This document shows, in pieces, positions 18,729 through 29,050 of a stretch of 64,000 nt of DNA; within the stretch, counting starts at the first letter, position 1, and every line of letters starts with the position of its first letter. A program made the position numbers and the translations under genes. The stretch covers positions 1-64,000 of IMG/VR virus record IMGVR_UViG_3300027816_000081; one strand, written 5' to 3'. This DNA is from a virus. The notes under the pieces are model-generated. The model saw nothing but the letters and a program-made list of their open reading frames with translations. It did not search any database and was not told the origin of the DNA.

Positions 18729-19580
18729 TTAGCCTACGCCACCATCAACAAATTTCCACCCAGTGCGGCCTTCCTCATATTTCTTCATTGTTGCTAATGC
18801 TTTATTGTACACTTCCTTAGCAACAGGTGTTCTTCTATTTTGCTTTATGATTTCTACTGCTTTACTATAGTCATCAATTTCATGTTCTTGGCCAGTCGGA
18901 ACAACATATCGGTCTCCGCTAAAAGTGCGGATGGTTTTTGCAGAATCCATACTTTCACCGACCCCACCAGCAGCAATAACACCGCCGGTCATTTCATGTT
19001 GTTGTAGTTGCTTACCTTCTAGATATTCACGAATAGTGTTTAGATAGTCATTTGCTTTGATGATCTTTTCTTGTACCCAGCCTTCAAGACCTTCTTCTTC
19101 GGTTAAATCAGCAATCAACTCATATACTTGCTTTGCGTTCTTAGCAGCACTGAATAGGTCGCTACGAGCCATTTCAACTTCGTGATCAATGCGACTTTGA
19201 CCATGTGGAATGAAACCACTCTTTAACTTGTGTCCTTGACCCGGAACAAGAATCAAATCATCTTCTTGTAAGTCAGCTTCGTGAACTGTCTTCTTGGCAT
19301 CAGGATCGCCTAATAAGAACTTAATTTGTTCTTTATCTTTACCATACTTCTTTTTGAAGTTGCCGTTATCCATGTTTCTGATATCCATAGCAAGTTCTTT
19401 CATCTTGCCCTCATTCATTGAGTTGGCATACTTCTTATTAGTCTTTTTACCAGTCAATAGATTTCCTACCTTTTTGCCACCATAAATGCTAGCGTTTCTA
19501 GATTGTGTGGACATTGGTGCTGACACGGTAGCAATAGAACCTGCTGTAGTGCTTTCGTTGACGATATCTGTAATTTTCAT
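18729..19580 (-). CDS. Modular putative internal protein
   Basis: N-terminus MKITDIVNE; DHEVEMARSDL..LEGWVQEKIIKANDYL module; late promoter upstream. Confidence 0.55.
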   Translation of the reverse strand: MKITDIVNESTTAGSIATVSAPMSTQSRNASIYGGKKVGNLLTGKKTNKKYANSMNEGKMKELAMDIRNMDNGNFKKKYGKDKEQIKFLLGDPDAKKTVHEADLQEDDLILVPGQGHKLKSGFIPHGQSRIDHEVEMARSDLFSAAKNAKQVYELIADLTEEEGLEGWVQEKIIKANDYLNTIREYLEGKQLQQHEMTGGVIAAGGVGESMDSAKTIRTFSGDRYVVPTGQEHEIDDYSKAVEIIKQNRRTPVAKEVYNKALATMKKYEEGRTGWKFVDGGVG

Positions 19581-19620
19581 GGGTAATCCTATATAGTAAT
19601 ATAGTATTTATCACATAAAC

Positions 19621-19650
19621 AAAAAGGGGGCCCCATTCTGAGGCCCCTAG
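19621..19650 (-). terminator. Rho-independent terminator
   Basis: GGGGCC..GGCCCC stem followed by T-run on minus strand. Confidence 0.7.
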
Positions 19651-19670
19651 TTAACGCTACTAATCAGATA

Positions 19671-20582
19671 TTACTGATTAGGCGGGGAAGATTCTTGTGC
19701 TGCGGCTTCGGCTGCTGCCTTTGCTGCCTGCTCCTGAACATACATTGGACCAATGTTATCCATCAAGTACTGCTGATTTTCTTGACAGAACACATATGAT
19801 CCTGAGTGACGGAGAAGAACTCGCTTGTCAACCCAAATACGACCACCGAGGTCTCTCCAGTTTTCACAGAAGGTCCAGTCTTCACTGTAGTAACGATTCT
19901 GACGAACTGCGGTGTCAAAGTAAGTCTTCAAGTGCTGATCGTATCTTGGATCAAGACCAATGTCGTTCTTGTACTGCTTAACCGCGGGGTGACTATTCAT
20001 CTTCTCAAATACATGCTTCTTCATAAGAAGGAATCCGGTGCCTGCCTTTGAAACTTCTTGAAGTCCATCGGGGCCTTCTTCTGCACCCTCAAACCCGTTA
20101 ACGACCCACTTGATGGGCATAGTCTTCATTGGGTACAAACCACCGATAACGTCTACGTCCCTATTCAAGAGGACTAGCAAATGCCAGGGTTCCCAACCGA
20201 TATCAGCATCAACGAAGAATAAGTGCGTTGCGTCGGGCATGTCAAGAAACTTAGCAGTGAGTGTGTTTCTTGCGCGGCTAATCAATGATTCATTAACCAT
20301 TGTTTCTAGTGTCCAGTCAATACCAAGCTGACGGGCAGTGTTAGCCCACTTGATAAATGACATGAAAGTTGATTCTGTCAACATACCACCGTAGCAAGGC
20401 ATCGCAATGTGAACCTTAGTTGTACGGAGGAAGTCAACGTTAACCTGTACCTGTCCAGCCTGGGGAGCCTGCTCCTGTGCAGCCTGTTCAGCGATTTCTT
20501 GCACCTTCTCTACGGGAACTGTGCGTTCCTCGCCGTTTGGTGCAACATTCTCAGTATTAGTAGTTTTTGGTTTACGTGCCAT
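19671..20582 (-). CDS. Glycosyltransferase (GT-A fold)
   Basis: IAMPCYGG, ESLISRARN, THLFFVDADI (DxD), GTGFLL, SEDWTFC. Confidence 0.8.
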   Translation of the reverse strand: MARKPKTTNTENVAPNGEERTVPVEKVQEIAEQAAQEQAPQAGQVQVNVDFLRTTKVHIAMPCYGGMLTESTFMSFIKWANTARQLGIDWTLETMVNESLISRARNTLTAKFLDMPDATHLFFVDADIGWEPWHLLVLLNRDVDVIGGLYPMKTMPIKWVVNGFEGAEEGPDGLQEVSKAGTGFLLMKKHVFEKMNSHPAVKQYKNDIGLDPRYDQHLKTYFDTAVRQNRYYSEDWTFCENWRDLGGRIWVDKRVLLRHSGSYVFCQENQQYLMDNIGPMYVQEQAAKAAAEAAAQESSPPNQ

Positions 20583-20639
20583 GTAGTCCTCTTTCTTGTA
20601 AACTTGTATAGATATTTACAAGAGGAACTAGTAGTGAAA

Positions 20640-21821
20640 TTATTTTTCTTCTAAATAATCCTGATTTTCGGACACATTTTGGTCATTTGCAATAATCTTT
20701 TTGATTTCGTTTTCAACATGCCCTGGAGGATTACGATATGGACTCATGTCTACAGCGGCAACCATTCTATATGAATCATCACCTACTTGATAGTAAACAG
20801 TAAATCCTTCTTTATAGAAGCCTTCATCATCTTGGTAAGTATCATCACCTAAGAAATATCCATTTCCTAAGTCTTCAATGATTTCAGCTTGTCTAGCAGT
20901 ATAAACATCACCGGCTTTTTCATTCAACTCTTTGAATGTCTTACGATACACGTTTGGTTCCATGCTATAACGACTTCCTATTACTTTGTTGCCTTCACCA
21001 CTCAATAGCATATCATACAATAGTTTAATGACTGATTGCTTGTCTCTGAGTTGTTCAAGTCTTTGCTTTAACCATGCAACTTTATTTGGCTTCATAGGGC
21101 GACTTGAATTGGGATTAGTGATTAATCTAAATGCCTGCAATTTAATTTGATTCAAGTCTTTCAAACGCATTAAGTTATTGATATCGTCTGCGTTAAAGTT
21201 TTCTGGTGGTAAGTTTTCTCTACCTTCTGATACATCCTCAGTTCCCATTCCTAAATCAAGCATCTTGACAATATTCTTAGCAAGTCTTTCGTTCTCTCGT
21301 GCTTTAGGATACAAGCTCATTACCATAGCAAGCTTGCGACGATCATTTAACTGAGGCCAAATGTTGCGAATCTCAGTTGCAGATTTGATACCAGGACCAA
21401 ACTCTACTGTAGGTAGATATGCGATATAGCCATGCTTACCAAATGGTTCTAAGTTCTTGCCTGTATAAGGCTGAAAGTATGCAGGGCTACCATCTTTCTT
21501 TGTGCCACCTGGTTTAGGTTGTTCATCACGGTCCTTTTCACTGCGTACAAATACTAGTACGTCTTGCTCAGGATCATAGTTCTGAGTGATTTCTTTAGCT
21601 TGGAACGGACTCTTTACTTGAACAAAACGCCCATCCTGAACGCCAGCAACTTTAGCTAATTTCTCTTTAATCTCAAAGGGAAAAGGACGAGATTTGGTGT
21701 CATTAGTTGCAGCGACATATACATCTGCATTAGGAAATGCTTTCAAGGCACTTTGATATAGTGCAGCATGTCCTGCGTGAAATGGGTGAAAGCCGCCGGG
21801 CATAATGACAATCATACTCAT
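20640..21821 (-). CDS. Cytidyltransferase-like (HIGH) nucleotidyltransferase with C-terminal modules
   Basis: PGGFHPFHAGH, PFPFEIK, KSATEIR. Confidence 0.75.
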   Translation of the reverse strand: MSMIVIMPGGFHPFHAGHAALYQSALKAFPNADVYVAATNDTKSRPFPFEIKEKLAKVAGVQDGRFVQVKSPFQAKEITQNYDPEQDVLVFVRSEKDRDEQPKPGGTKKDGSPAYFQPYTGKNLEPFGKHGYIAYLPTVEFGPGIKSATEIRNIWPQLNDRRKLAMVMSLYPKARENERLAKNIVKMLDLGMGTEDVSEGRENLPPENFNADDINNLMRLKDLNQIKLQAFRLITNPNSSRPMKPNKVAWLKQRLEQLRDKQSVIKLLYDMLLSGEGNKVIGSRYSMEPNVYRKTFKELNEKAGDVYTARQAEIIEDLGNGYFLGDDTYQDDEGFYKEGFTVYYQVGDDSYRMVAAVDMSPYRNPPGHVENEIKKIIANDQNVSENQDYLEEK

Positions 21822-22174
21822 TAGTAACTTACCTTAACAAAATTAACTGTGCCTTGACTGAAGTTTTCAATCTTTGCTCTGACATAAACGAAATTGCCAT
21901 CAATATTAGTATATGAGCTAGTGTTGCTAGCAGTTGCTTCAAACTCGTAAACCTTAAACCAGTCGGCGTTATCACTATTAGCAGCTAAGGTAGCTTCAAT
22001 AACGATATTACCAGTGACGTTAGTGATATTAAAGTTTACAGTTTGTAAATCCTGATTACCCAAATAATATGCTGCGGCAGGCTGTGCATTGCCTGTCACA
22101 GTATAAGGTGCACCATTACCAGGATTTAGGTAAGATGTTTGTGGCAAAAGGATCAAAGTAGTAACTTGAGACAT
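21821..22174 (-). CDS. Hypothetical beta-rich protein, probably structural
   Basis: ORF overlapping neighbours; GNFVYVRAKI. Confidence 0.5.
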   Translation of the reverse strand: MSQVTTLILLPQTSYLNPGNGAPYTVTGNAQPAAAYYLGNQDLQTVNFNITNVTGNIVIEATLAANSDNADWFKVYEFEATASNTSSYTNIDGNFVYVRAKIENFSQGTVNFVKVSY

Positions 22175-22338
22175 TAAGCTTTCTCAACCTCTACTAAGAC
22201 CCCATCACCTGCTAGTTCTTGGGCTACTTGTTCTAATGCAATCTGTGCATCTTCTGCGATAATTGCGCTAGTTGGGTCACTGTCTTTTACAAGCTTGGCG
22301 AGCTTGATAACGATGACCTCTTCAATCATTTTTGCCAT
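22174..22338 (-). CDS. 54-aa hypothetical protein
   Basis: Manual: MAKMIEEVIVIKLAKLVKD...LEQVAQELAGDGVLVEVEKA; SD GGAG and late promoter upstream. Confidence 0.6.
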   Translation of the reverse strand: MAKMIEEVIVIKLAKLVKDSDPTSAIIAEDAQIALEQVAQELAGDGVLVEVEKA

Positions 22339-22368
22339 GATAAAACTCCAAAATATATAGAGTATTTA

Positions 22369-23037
22369 TCACTTCTGTTCTAGTTTATAGTTCTTCCCGA
22401 TCACTTCTGGAAACAGAATATGCATCATTGTTAACTGACTACTATCGTTGTAGTTGATGTAATAGTTTTTACTACACCAAGAATGACTCCATTTGTTAGG
22501 TCTGTTCAGCCAAGTCATTAATGCAGATGACGCCTCTACTCCATCTGTCCGTTCTATGTACGATAATATATCTTGTTTTATTTCGCTGTTAACTTTAGCT
22601 TCTTTAAAATGAACTCTATATGGTGCAGGAACATCACGCTTGAAGTATTTTACTCCTGCAGGCAATAGTTCAGCCTGAAATATTTTCAAAGGTGATAATA
22701 TTGAAGGAGCCTTCTTAAGAAAGGATAAGTCATTACTAAAAAATGATATACTATTCCCTTCTCTACGTATGGTTCCCTTATTATTCTTTTCAAATCTAAC
22801 AATATATCTTATCAATGTATCAAGATCATGATAATCAATTGGTTCAAGCTTACCATCAATGAACATTGGCCACCGTGATGAGCCGCCGCGGATAGCTTCA
22901 ATTTTTTCTATATATTGATCAATTGTAGTTACATTATTTGTATAGTAAGCACCCCTTACTCGGCATACAGCCTTGTATGAGTACTTACTATAATACAGCT
23001 TTTCCCGTTCTTCAACCTTCAACGTGAATGATGCCAT
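22369..23037 (-). CDS. Hypothetical protein
   Basis: Long ORF overlapping the clpA end; likely start MASF. Confidence 0.6.
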   Translation of the reverse strand: MASFTLKVEEREKLYYSKYSYKAVCRVRGAYYTNNVTTIDQYIEKIEAIRGGSSRWPMFIDGKLEPIDYHDLDTLIRYIVRFEKNNKGTIRREGNSISFFSNDLSFLKKAPSILSPLKIFQAELLPAGVKYFKRDVPAPYRVHFKEAKVNSEIKQDILSYIERTDGVEASSALMTWLNRPNKWSHSWCSKNYYINYNDSSQLTMMHILFPEVIGKNYKLEQK

Positions 23038-25279
23038 CTTCACCAACATGTGCTGACTGCTTGGGAGTAATTTCAAACGAAATTTCCTTATCGTTCATTA
23101 CTGCCATTACGTTTGCGTTGTTGATACGCTCAAAAAGAATCTTCTTTGAAAGAGGAACACGAACCAACTCATCAATCTTACGTGCAAGAGGACGAGCGCC
23201 CATCTTACTGTCATAACCAACTTCGGCAAGATAGTCAATGACTGGTTCACTCAAGTTAAGAGTGATGTTGTGCTTTTCAAGAAGGGGCTTCTTAAGTTCT
23301 TCAACGAACTTGACTACAATCTTCTTAATAGAAAGATTATCAAGCTTGTTGAACTTACAAACCATATCAAGACGATTACGGAACTCAGGCTTGAAGAACT
23401 GCTTCAATGCCTTATCGTCTTCGCCGGTCTTGTTAAGATCACCGAAGCCGATGTTGTTACGCTCGTTGTCAGCACTACCCAAGTTACTAGTCAGAATGAT
23501 AAGAGTATTCTTCATAGACACCTGCTTACCGTTGCTGCCAGTCACGGTTCCCTCATCCAACATCTGCAAGAAGATATTGAAGATATCGGGGTGAGCCTTT
23601 TCAACTTCGTCAAACAGCAGGATTGAATGAGGGTTCTTGCTCAAGTCTGAAATTAGACGACCGCCCTGCACCTGCGAGTCGCCAAAGCCTACGTAGCCCG
23701 GGGGCGGACCGATCAAGCTGCTTACGCTGTGCTTCTCACCGTACTCCGACATGTCATACTTGAGAAGCGGCATATCCAAGTTCTTGGACAGCAACTTAGC
23801 CAATTCTGTTTTACCCGTGCCCGTTGGGCCCAAGAACAAGAAGCTTGCGATAGGTTTCTTATCGTTGCCGATGCCAGCAAAGCTAACATAGACACGTTCA
23901 AGAACCTTATCAACTGTTTCATCCTGACCGTAGAGCTTATTCTTGACGTTCATTTCAAGATTCTGAATACGATCCATATTATCGCCGCTCAACTTGTCAG
24001 CGGGAACGCCAGTGAACTTTTCTACCTGTTCATAGATAAGTTCCTTAGTGATGATTGCATCCTTGTTCATAAGAACACGCTGCTTAGCACAGGCTGCGTC
24101 AAGCAAGTCAATGCTCTTGTCAGGGTTCTTACGGTCGTGAATATAGCGTTCTGCTAGTTCAACGGCAGCTTCAACAGCATCCGTTGAAATATTGACTTCG
24201 TGGAAATCATTAAGTCGTGCAGACAGACCCGAAAGAATACGGATAGTAGAATCCTTGCTAGGTTCGTCAATGGCGACACGATAGAAGCGGCGCATCAATG
24301 CACGATCCTTTTCAAAGCTCTCGTAGAACTCTTCCCAAGTCGTGCTTGCAATCACCTTGAGTGTACCCTTAGTGATAGCAGGCTTAATCATGTTAGCAAA
24401 GTCCACACTTCCGTTGCCTGCATTACCTGCGCCCTGCATAGTGTGTGCTTCGTCGATGAAAAGGATTGCTTTCTTCTTTACATTAAGTGCTTCAAGAACC
24501 TGCTTGACCTTTTCTTCAAAATCACCACGATATCGTGAACCTGCAAGCAGTGAACCAACCTCGAGGCTGTAAAGTTCGTGATCAAGCAAGAAGTCGGGAA
24601 CATTCTTTTCAACGATAGCGTTAGCAATACCTTCCGCAATTGCAGTCTTACCAACGCCGGGGTCACCGACCATCAATACGTTGCTCTTGAAACGCTTAGC
24701 GAGAACATTGATGATATCATCAATTTCCTTAGTGCGTCCAATTACAGGCTCAAGCTTTTCTTGACGGGCAAGTTGTGTAAGATTAATCGTATATTCTTCA
24801 AGAATTTCTTCTGCCTGATTATCAGTGATAGAAGAAATGGAGTCTGCACCCTTGTAATTCTTTTGCCAATGATTAAGAAACTCGTTCTTGGCTACACCAT
24901 ACTTGAGAAGGAAATAGTGAGCATGACTATTATTTTCACTAGCGATACTCATATACAAGTCAATAGTAGCAACCTGCCTACGACCAGTGAACAGAACCTG
25001 CGTCACTGAACGATTCATAACACGCTCAAGTGTGTTAGTCCGACGAGGCTGTATGTTAGGGTCATTTGAAACAATAGATTGCAGTCCATTGAGATAGGAC
25101 TCAATCTCTTGAATCATTAGGTCAGTTTCAATGTTAAAACTGTTTAGGCACTTCTTAAATGGAACATGAGTTACCAAAGCTAGCAAAAGATGTTCAACAG
25201 TAACGTATTCGTGCTGTCGCTCCTTAGCTGCTTCAATTGCTCGTGCTACAATATTTTCAATTTCGGGTGAAGAATTCAA
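23012..25279 (-). CDS. clpA: ClpA ATP-dependent unfoldase
   Basis: Clp-N (HEYVTVEHLLLAL), two AAA+ modules (GDPGVGKT, LFIDEAH; GPTGTGKT, LLFDEVEKAHP), IGF loop. Confidence 0.95.
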   Translation of the reverse strand: MNSSPEIENIVARAIEAAKERQHEYVTVEHLLLALVTHVPFKKCLNSFNIETDLMIQEIESYLNGLQSIVSNDPNIQPRRTNTLERVMNRSVTQVLFTGRRQVATIDLYMSIASENNSHAHYFLLKYGVAKNEFLNHWQKNYKGADSISSITDNQAEEILEEYTINLTQLARQEKLEPVIGRTKEIDDIINVLAKRFKSNVLMVGDPGVGKTAIAEGIANAIVEKNVPDFLLDHELYSLEVGSLLAGSRYRGDFEEKVKQVLEALNVKKKAILFIDEAHTMQGAGNAGNGSVDFANMIKPAITKGTLKVIASTTWEEFYESFEKDRALMRRFYRVAIDEPSKDSTIRILSGLSARLNDFHEVNISTDAVEAAVELAERYIHDRKNPDKSIDLLDAACAKQRVLMNKDAIITKELIYEQVEKFTGVPADKLSGDNMDRIQNLEMNVKNKLYGQDETVDKVLERVYVSFAGIGNDKKPIASFLFLGPTGTGKTELAKLLSKNLDMPLLKYDMSEYGEKHSVSSLIGPPPGYVGFGDSQVQGGRLISDLSKNPHSILLFDEVEKAHPDIFNIFLQMLDEGTVTGSNGKQVSMKNTLIILTSNLGSADNERNNIGFGDLNKTGEDDKALKQFFKPEFRNRLDMVCKFNKLDNLSIKKIVVKFVEELKKPLLEKHNITLNLSEPVIDYLAEVGYDSKMGARPLARKIDELVRVPLSKKILFERINNANVMAVMNDKEISFEITPKQSAHVGEDGIIHVEG

Positions 25280-25293
25280 TTTTTTGTTTCCTT

Positions 25294-26094
25294 TTAGGTA
25301 TTTAACTTGAAACGTTTGATACTATCAATAATATCACTAGGTATATTATCAGGTATATACGGCTTTAGCAATAGTATTTGGTCACCGTATACTTGATTTG
25401 CTGAATTAAATGGCATCCCCAAACCTCGCAGTCTCACTTGCTGTGAGGGCTGTGTATTGGGATGAATCGTTACTTCAACTTTGTTTCCAGCTATTGTGGT
25501 AAACTCAACTTTGGTACCCACAATCAAGTCTAATACTGATATGGGCATGTTAGAATATAGATCATATCCTTGCCTATCAAATCTTAAATCAGGCATTACG
25601 ATATATTCAACGATCAACGTTGCGTTTTCAATAACGTTATCGTATCTAACTTGATCGCCAGACTGTACACCCAATGGAATCTTAAGGTTAATTACCTTTA
25701 CTCCACTTGGTAATGATATCTGCAATATGTGATCATTTCCCTTATATGCGTCTACTAGAGACACAGATACGCGGGTCCTATACATCTGCTGACCGGCACC
25801 GCCTTGAGGACCACGCTGACCAAAGATTTGACTGAATATATCGTTTAAATCAAAACCATGTTGATGGAATTGAAAACCACCAAATGGACTGTTTTGTGGC
25901 TGTGGATTATCATACTGCTGTCGTTTAGCAGGATCACTTAATGTATTATATGCTTCGTTGATCTTTTGGAATTCGGCGGGGTTGCCACCCTTATCGGGAT
26001 GATGGGTCATGGCTAGCTTACGAAAAGCTCGTTTAATATCTTCTTGGCTAGCGTCCCGTGGAACACCCAGAGTGTTATAATGATCCATACTCAT
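25294..26094 (-). CDS. dnaJ: DnaJ/CbpA-type co-chaperone without Zn finger
   Basis: J domain with HPD, G/F region, C-terminal domain. Confidence 0.9.
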   Translation of the reverse strand: MSMDHYNTLGVPRDASQEDIKRAFRKLAMTHHPDKGGNPAEFQKINEAYNTLSDPAKRQQYDNPQPQNSPFGGFQFHQHGFDLNDIFSQIFGQRGPQGGAGQQMYRTRVSVSLVDAYKGNDHILQISLPSGVKVINLKIPLGVQSGDQVRYDNVIENATLIVEYIVMPDLRFDRQGYDLYSNMPISVLDLIVGTKVEFTTIAGNKVEVTIHPNTQPSQQVRLRGLGMPFNSANQVYGDQILLLKPYIPDNIPSDIIDSIKRFKLNT

Positions 26095-26126
26095 TATATA
26101 GCACTCTGGGCGTTAAAAGTCAAGTA

Positions 26127-26648
26127 TTATTTCAACAATCCGCCGATTGCAGGAGGTGTTGCCCCTACACTAGTATCAACGGTTGCAGCTCCTTCAATCT
26201 TTTCCTTAGTGCGACCATAAGCAGCGATACCAAGAACAGCACCCATTGCGATGTGGAATAGACCAGCACCCTGTAGTGAGATTGGTTGCCATGGAGTTGT
26301 TACTGAACCTGCTGTAGTTGCCTGCAAGATTGACCATGCAATTGGGAATAGAATGAAGTCAAACACACAGACTGCCATATACATCCAGCCCATTGCAGGA
26401 CGCCATTTCTTGTTGATCCAGTCTTCGCTTTCCTTATCATGCTTTACTAATACCTCTGCGTTTTGAGCAGCGTTATTTCCTGCTTGAGTTAGTGCAGCAT
26501 TGTTAAGATTCATAAGCTGGTTAGCTTCTGCGTTTCTTTCTTTTACTTGTGCCATAAATTCCCCATCGTTTTTCATAGAATCTTCATGCTCATCGTTTTT
26601 TGCGATAAGCTGTAGTTCTTCACTTTTATTTTTTTCTGGTAAAAACAT
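26127..26648 (-). CDS. Putative holin (GTA 3TM-like family)
   Basis: WINKKWRPAMGWMY, TM segments, LGIAAYGRTKEK. Confidence 0.6.
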   Translation of the reverse strand: MFLPEKNKSEELQLIAKNDEHEDSMKNDGEFMAQVKERNAEANQLMNLNNAALTQAGNNAAQNAEVLVKHDKESEDWINKKWRPAMGWMYMAVCVFDFILFPIAWSILQATTAGSVTTPWQPISLQGAGLFHIAMGAVLGIAAYGRTKEKIEGAATVDTSVGATPPAIGGLLK

Positions 26649-26650
26649 AC

Positions 26651-27181
26651 TTACATCCCCGCTATTGCTTTTAAGTTTTTGATGTACTCATCTTCTTTGT
26701 ACATCTTTTTGGTGTCTAGCCCAGCTAGTTCACGAAACTCGTTAAGTTTATCTTCGTCTTTGTCTTCTTTTTTGCTCTTGTATTCATTTGGATTCAAGAT
26801 TAGTTTTTGACGTAACATTTCTTCATCAGCATCTACCTGATCACCTTCAATATCAACTGACCAGTCAGTTAGTTTGAATCCGGTCAATGTCTCAAGATCA
26901 GATAATAATTTGCAAATTCTCTGGGGAACTTTACTTCTACGATCCATTTCAACAAACACTAGCCACTTGCCCGGTTCAATTTCGCCATCGCTAACACTAG
27001 CATCTAATACAAAGTCATATCCTCTTTCAAACCAAGTAACTAAATCTTTTGCTGCAAGTTTGCTATTTGTAGTAAAAGTAACTGTAACGATATCGCTATC
27101 CTTACCCATCTTAGCGGCGTATTCGTCAACAGTGATTGTATCTTTTAATTGGTCTTCTAGGTCCATGTAATCTAGTGCCAT
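26651..27181 (-). CDS. Hypothetical protein with C-terminal LAGL-type motifs
   Basis: DEYAAKMGKDSD..; FRELAGL, LKAIAGM. Confidence 0.6.
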   Translation of the reverse strand: MALDYMDLEDQLKDTITVDEYAAKMGKDSDIVTVTFTTNSKLAAKDLVTWFERGYDFVLDASVSDGEIEPGKWLVFVEMDRRSKVPQRICKLLSDLETLTGFKLTDWSVDIEGDQVDADEEMLRQKLILNPNEYKSKKEDKDEDKLNEFRELAGLDTKKMYKEDEYIKNLKAIAGM

Positions 27182-27182
27182 A

Positions 27183-27788
27183 TTACATCATCCCCATGTT
27201 AGGTTGGCCTGCTTGTGCAGCACCGGGTTGATTTTGATCAGCCTGTGTTTCTACTGCATCTTCATCAGTCATTGTATCGTCCAAATCTTCGTCATATGCG
27301 TCTTCAATTTCTGACAAGTCAATGGTCTGGTCAGCAAGATCAATTGAACCTTCCTTAATATCATCCATTAGTTCAAACGGAATAACAATTTCAACGAACC
27401 AAACTTTTCTTTTAGCCATCTTAGGATATCTAGTTCCAGGAACAAAGTCTTCATAGTCTTGTACTTCAACAGGAACTTTAATCTCACCTTTACCAAACGT
27501 TACTTTGCATCCAATATTAGTAAGACGTAATGCGCCACGTGGATCCGGCATCAACTTATAAGGCCACATAAAGGTACACTTACAGCTATATCTGCCCACA
27601 ACAGGACCGTCTACTAGTTCACCTACTATCCAATTCTTGAATGCGTATACATCGGCTTCGTCCATAACTCGTTCAAAGTCAAGTAACGTGGACATAGCGC
27701 CATCGCTCATGTAGACACCCTTGATGGTATCCACAATACTAACGAAATCAATATCGTTGAAAAACTTGTCTGCTGGTAAAGTACTCAT
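27183..27788 (-). CDS. Hypothetical late protein
   Basis: ORF directly after a GATAAATA promoter. Confidence 0.65.
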   Translation of the reverse strand: MSTLPADKFFNDIDFVSIVDTIKGVYMSDGAMSTLLDFERVMDEADVYAFKNWIVGELVDGPVVGRYSCKCTFMWPYKLMPDPRGALRLTNIGCKVTFGKGEIKVPVEVQDYEDFVPGTRYPKMAKRKVWFVEIVIPFELMDDIKEGSIDLADQTIDLSEIEDAYDEDLDDTMTDEDAVETQADQNQPGAAQAGQPNMGMM

Positions 27789-27961
27789 ATATGTATTTAT
27801 CTTTCCAGCAACAATAAGAAGGAAACGCTTTCAGAAACAAGCTTTATATTTATCACAGGAAACAATTTTTCACATACTGATAGTTTACTCAATAGCCTGG
27901 TTCTAAGTAGTTTTGAAAGCAATGCTTTCATGTGTCAAAACACAACAACCAGGAGAAATAT

Positions 27962-28732
27962 GTGAGCAAAAGAAAGACTAGCGCACTAAGACAGAAAGAC
28001 ACACGCTATAGTAAGAAATATCAAAGCGATGCTTCTTACCACAACGAATCAAAAACAATTGATTTCAATCAACACCAGCCCAAAAGGGTCACAAAACCTA
28101 TCGAACTAATACCACAATCGGTAAACCAGGAAAAATACATAGTCAATTTGACAGATCCTAACATTGATATAGTCGTAGTGAGTGGTCCTGCGGGTACTGG
28201 TAAAACATACCTAGCAATGCTAGCAGCAATCCAAGCAATGAGGAGAGGTGACTGTGATAAAATATTACTTACAAGACCAGCAGTGGCAGTTGATGATGAA
28301 AAGCACGGGTTTTTGCCTGGCGATTTAAATCAAAAAATGGAACCATGGGTCAGACCTCTTTTTGATGTGTTGAGAGAATATTATTCAACCAAAGAACTAG
28401 AGTATATGATCAGTGAGCAGATTATTGAAATTGCGCCCCTGGCCTTTTGTAGAGGCCGCAATTTCAAACATAGTTGGATCATTCTGGACGAAGCCCAGAA
28501 TGCAACGCCAAGTCAGATGAAAATGCTAATGACAAGAATTGGTGAGGGCAGTAAGATTGTCATTACTGGCGACGTTGAGCAAACCGACAGAAAAACTTTA
28601 GACAATGGATTGTTAGATTTGAAATCTAAGATTCTAGAACATCGTGTTCCTGGAATGGCTGCTTGTGAGTTTGACACAAGAGACATTAGAAGACACAAAA
28701 TTATTGAACATATTCTAAATATGTACTCATAA
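27962..28732 (+). CDS. phoH: PhoH-family ATPase
   Basis: GPAGTGKT, TRPAV, GFLPGDL, RGRNF, ILDEAQN, TGDVEQ; start uncertain. Confidence 0.95.
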   Translation: MSKRKTSALRQKDTRYSKKYQSDASYHNESKTIDFNQHQPKRVTKPIELIPQSVNQEKYIVNLTDPNIDIVVVSGPAGTGKTYLAMLAAIQAMRRGDCDKILLTRPAVAVDDEKHGFLPGDLNQKMEPWVRPLFDVLREYYSTKELEYMISEQIIEIAPLAFCRGRNFKHSWIILDEAQNATPSQMKMLMTRIGEGSKIVITGDVEQTDRKTLDNGLLDLKSKILEHRVPGMAACEFDTRDIRRHKIIEHILNMYS

Positions 28733-28736
28733 AATG

Positions 28737-28774
28737 AAAACGGGGCTTTAACGCCCCGTTTTTATTTTGATCTT
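28737..28774. terminator. Bidirectional terminator between convergent genes
   Basis: aaaacggggc-tttaac-gccccgtttt. Confidence 0.75.
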
Positions 28775-29050
28775 ACTTGCTTTCTTTTCTTGTTCGGCAG
28801 TAATTATTGCTTCCTTATCTAGTTGCTCTACTAGCTGAGGATAAACTTTGGCATAATAACTACGCATTTGATCAAAGGTAGTGTCGTGATTCTTGCCTTC
28901 AATCACGCACTTAACAATTTTCTTTTCAGCAAAATCAAGAATTACGTTAGAATTGTTTAGGTCAGAAGTACGTACTCTTTTAGATACGTTAACCATTTCA
29001 TCAATCTGACCATTCATTTTTCTAAGATATGAAATTAATAGATATCTCAT
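28748..29050 (-). CDS. Hypothetical protein
   Basis: ORF in operon downstream of clamp loader. Confidence 0.6.
   Translation of the reverse strand: MRYLLISYLRKMNGQIDEMVNVSKRVRTSDLNNSNVILDFAEKKIVKCVIEGKNHDTTFDQMRSYYAKVYPQLVEQLDKEAIITAEQEKKASKIKIKTGR

Noticed and set aside
23028-25009. Cluster of plus-strand ORFs inside clpA
   Set aside because: Antisense shadows of a conserved gene
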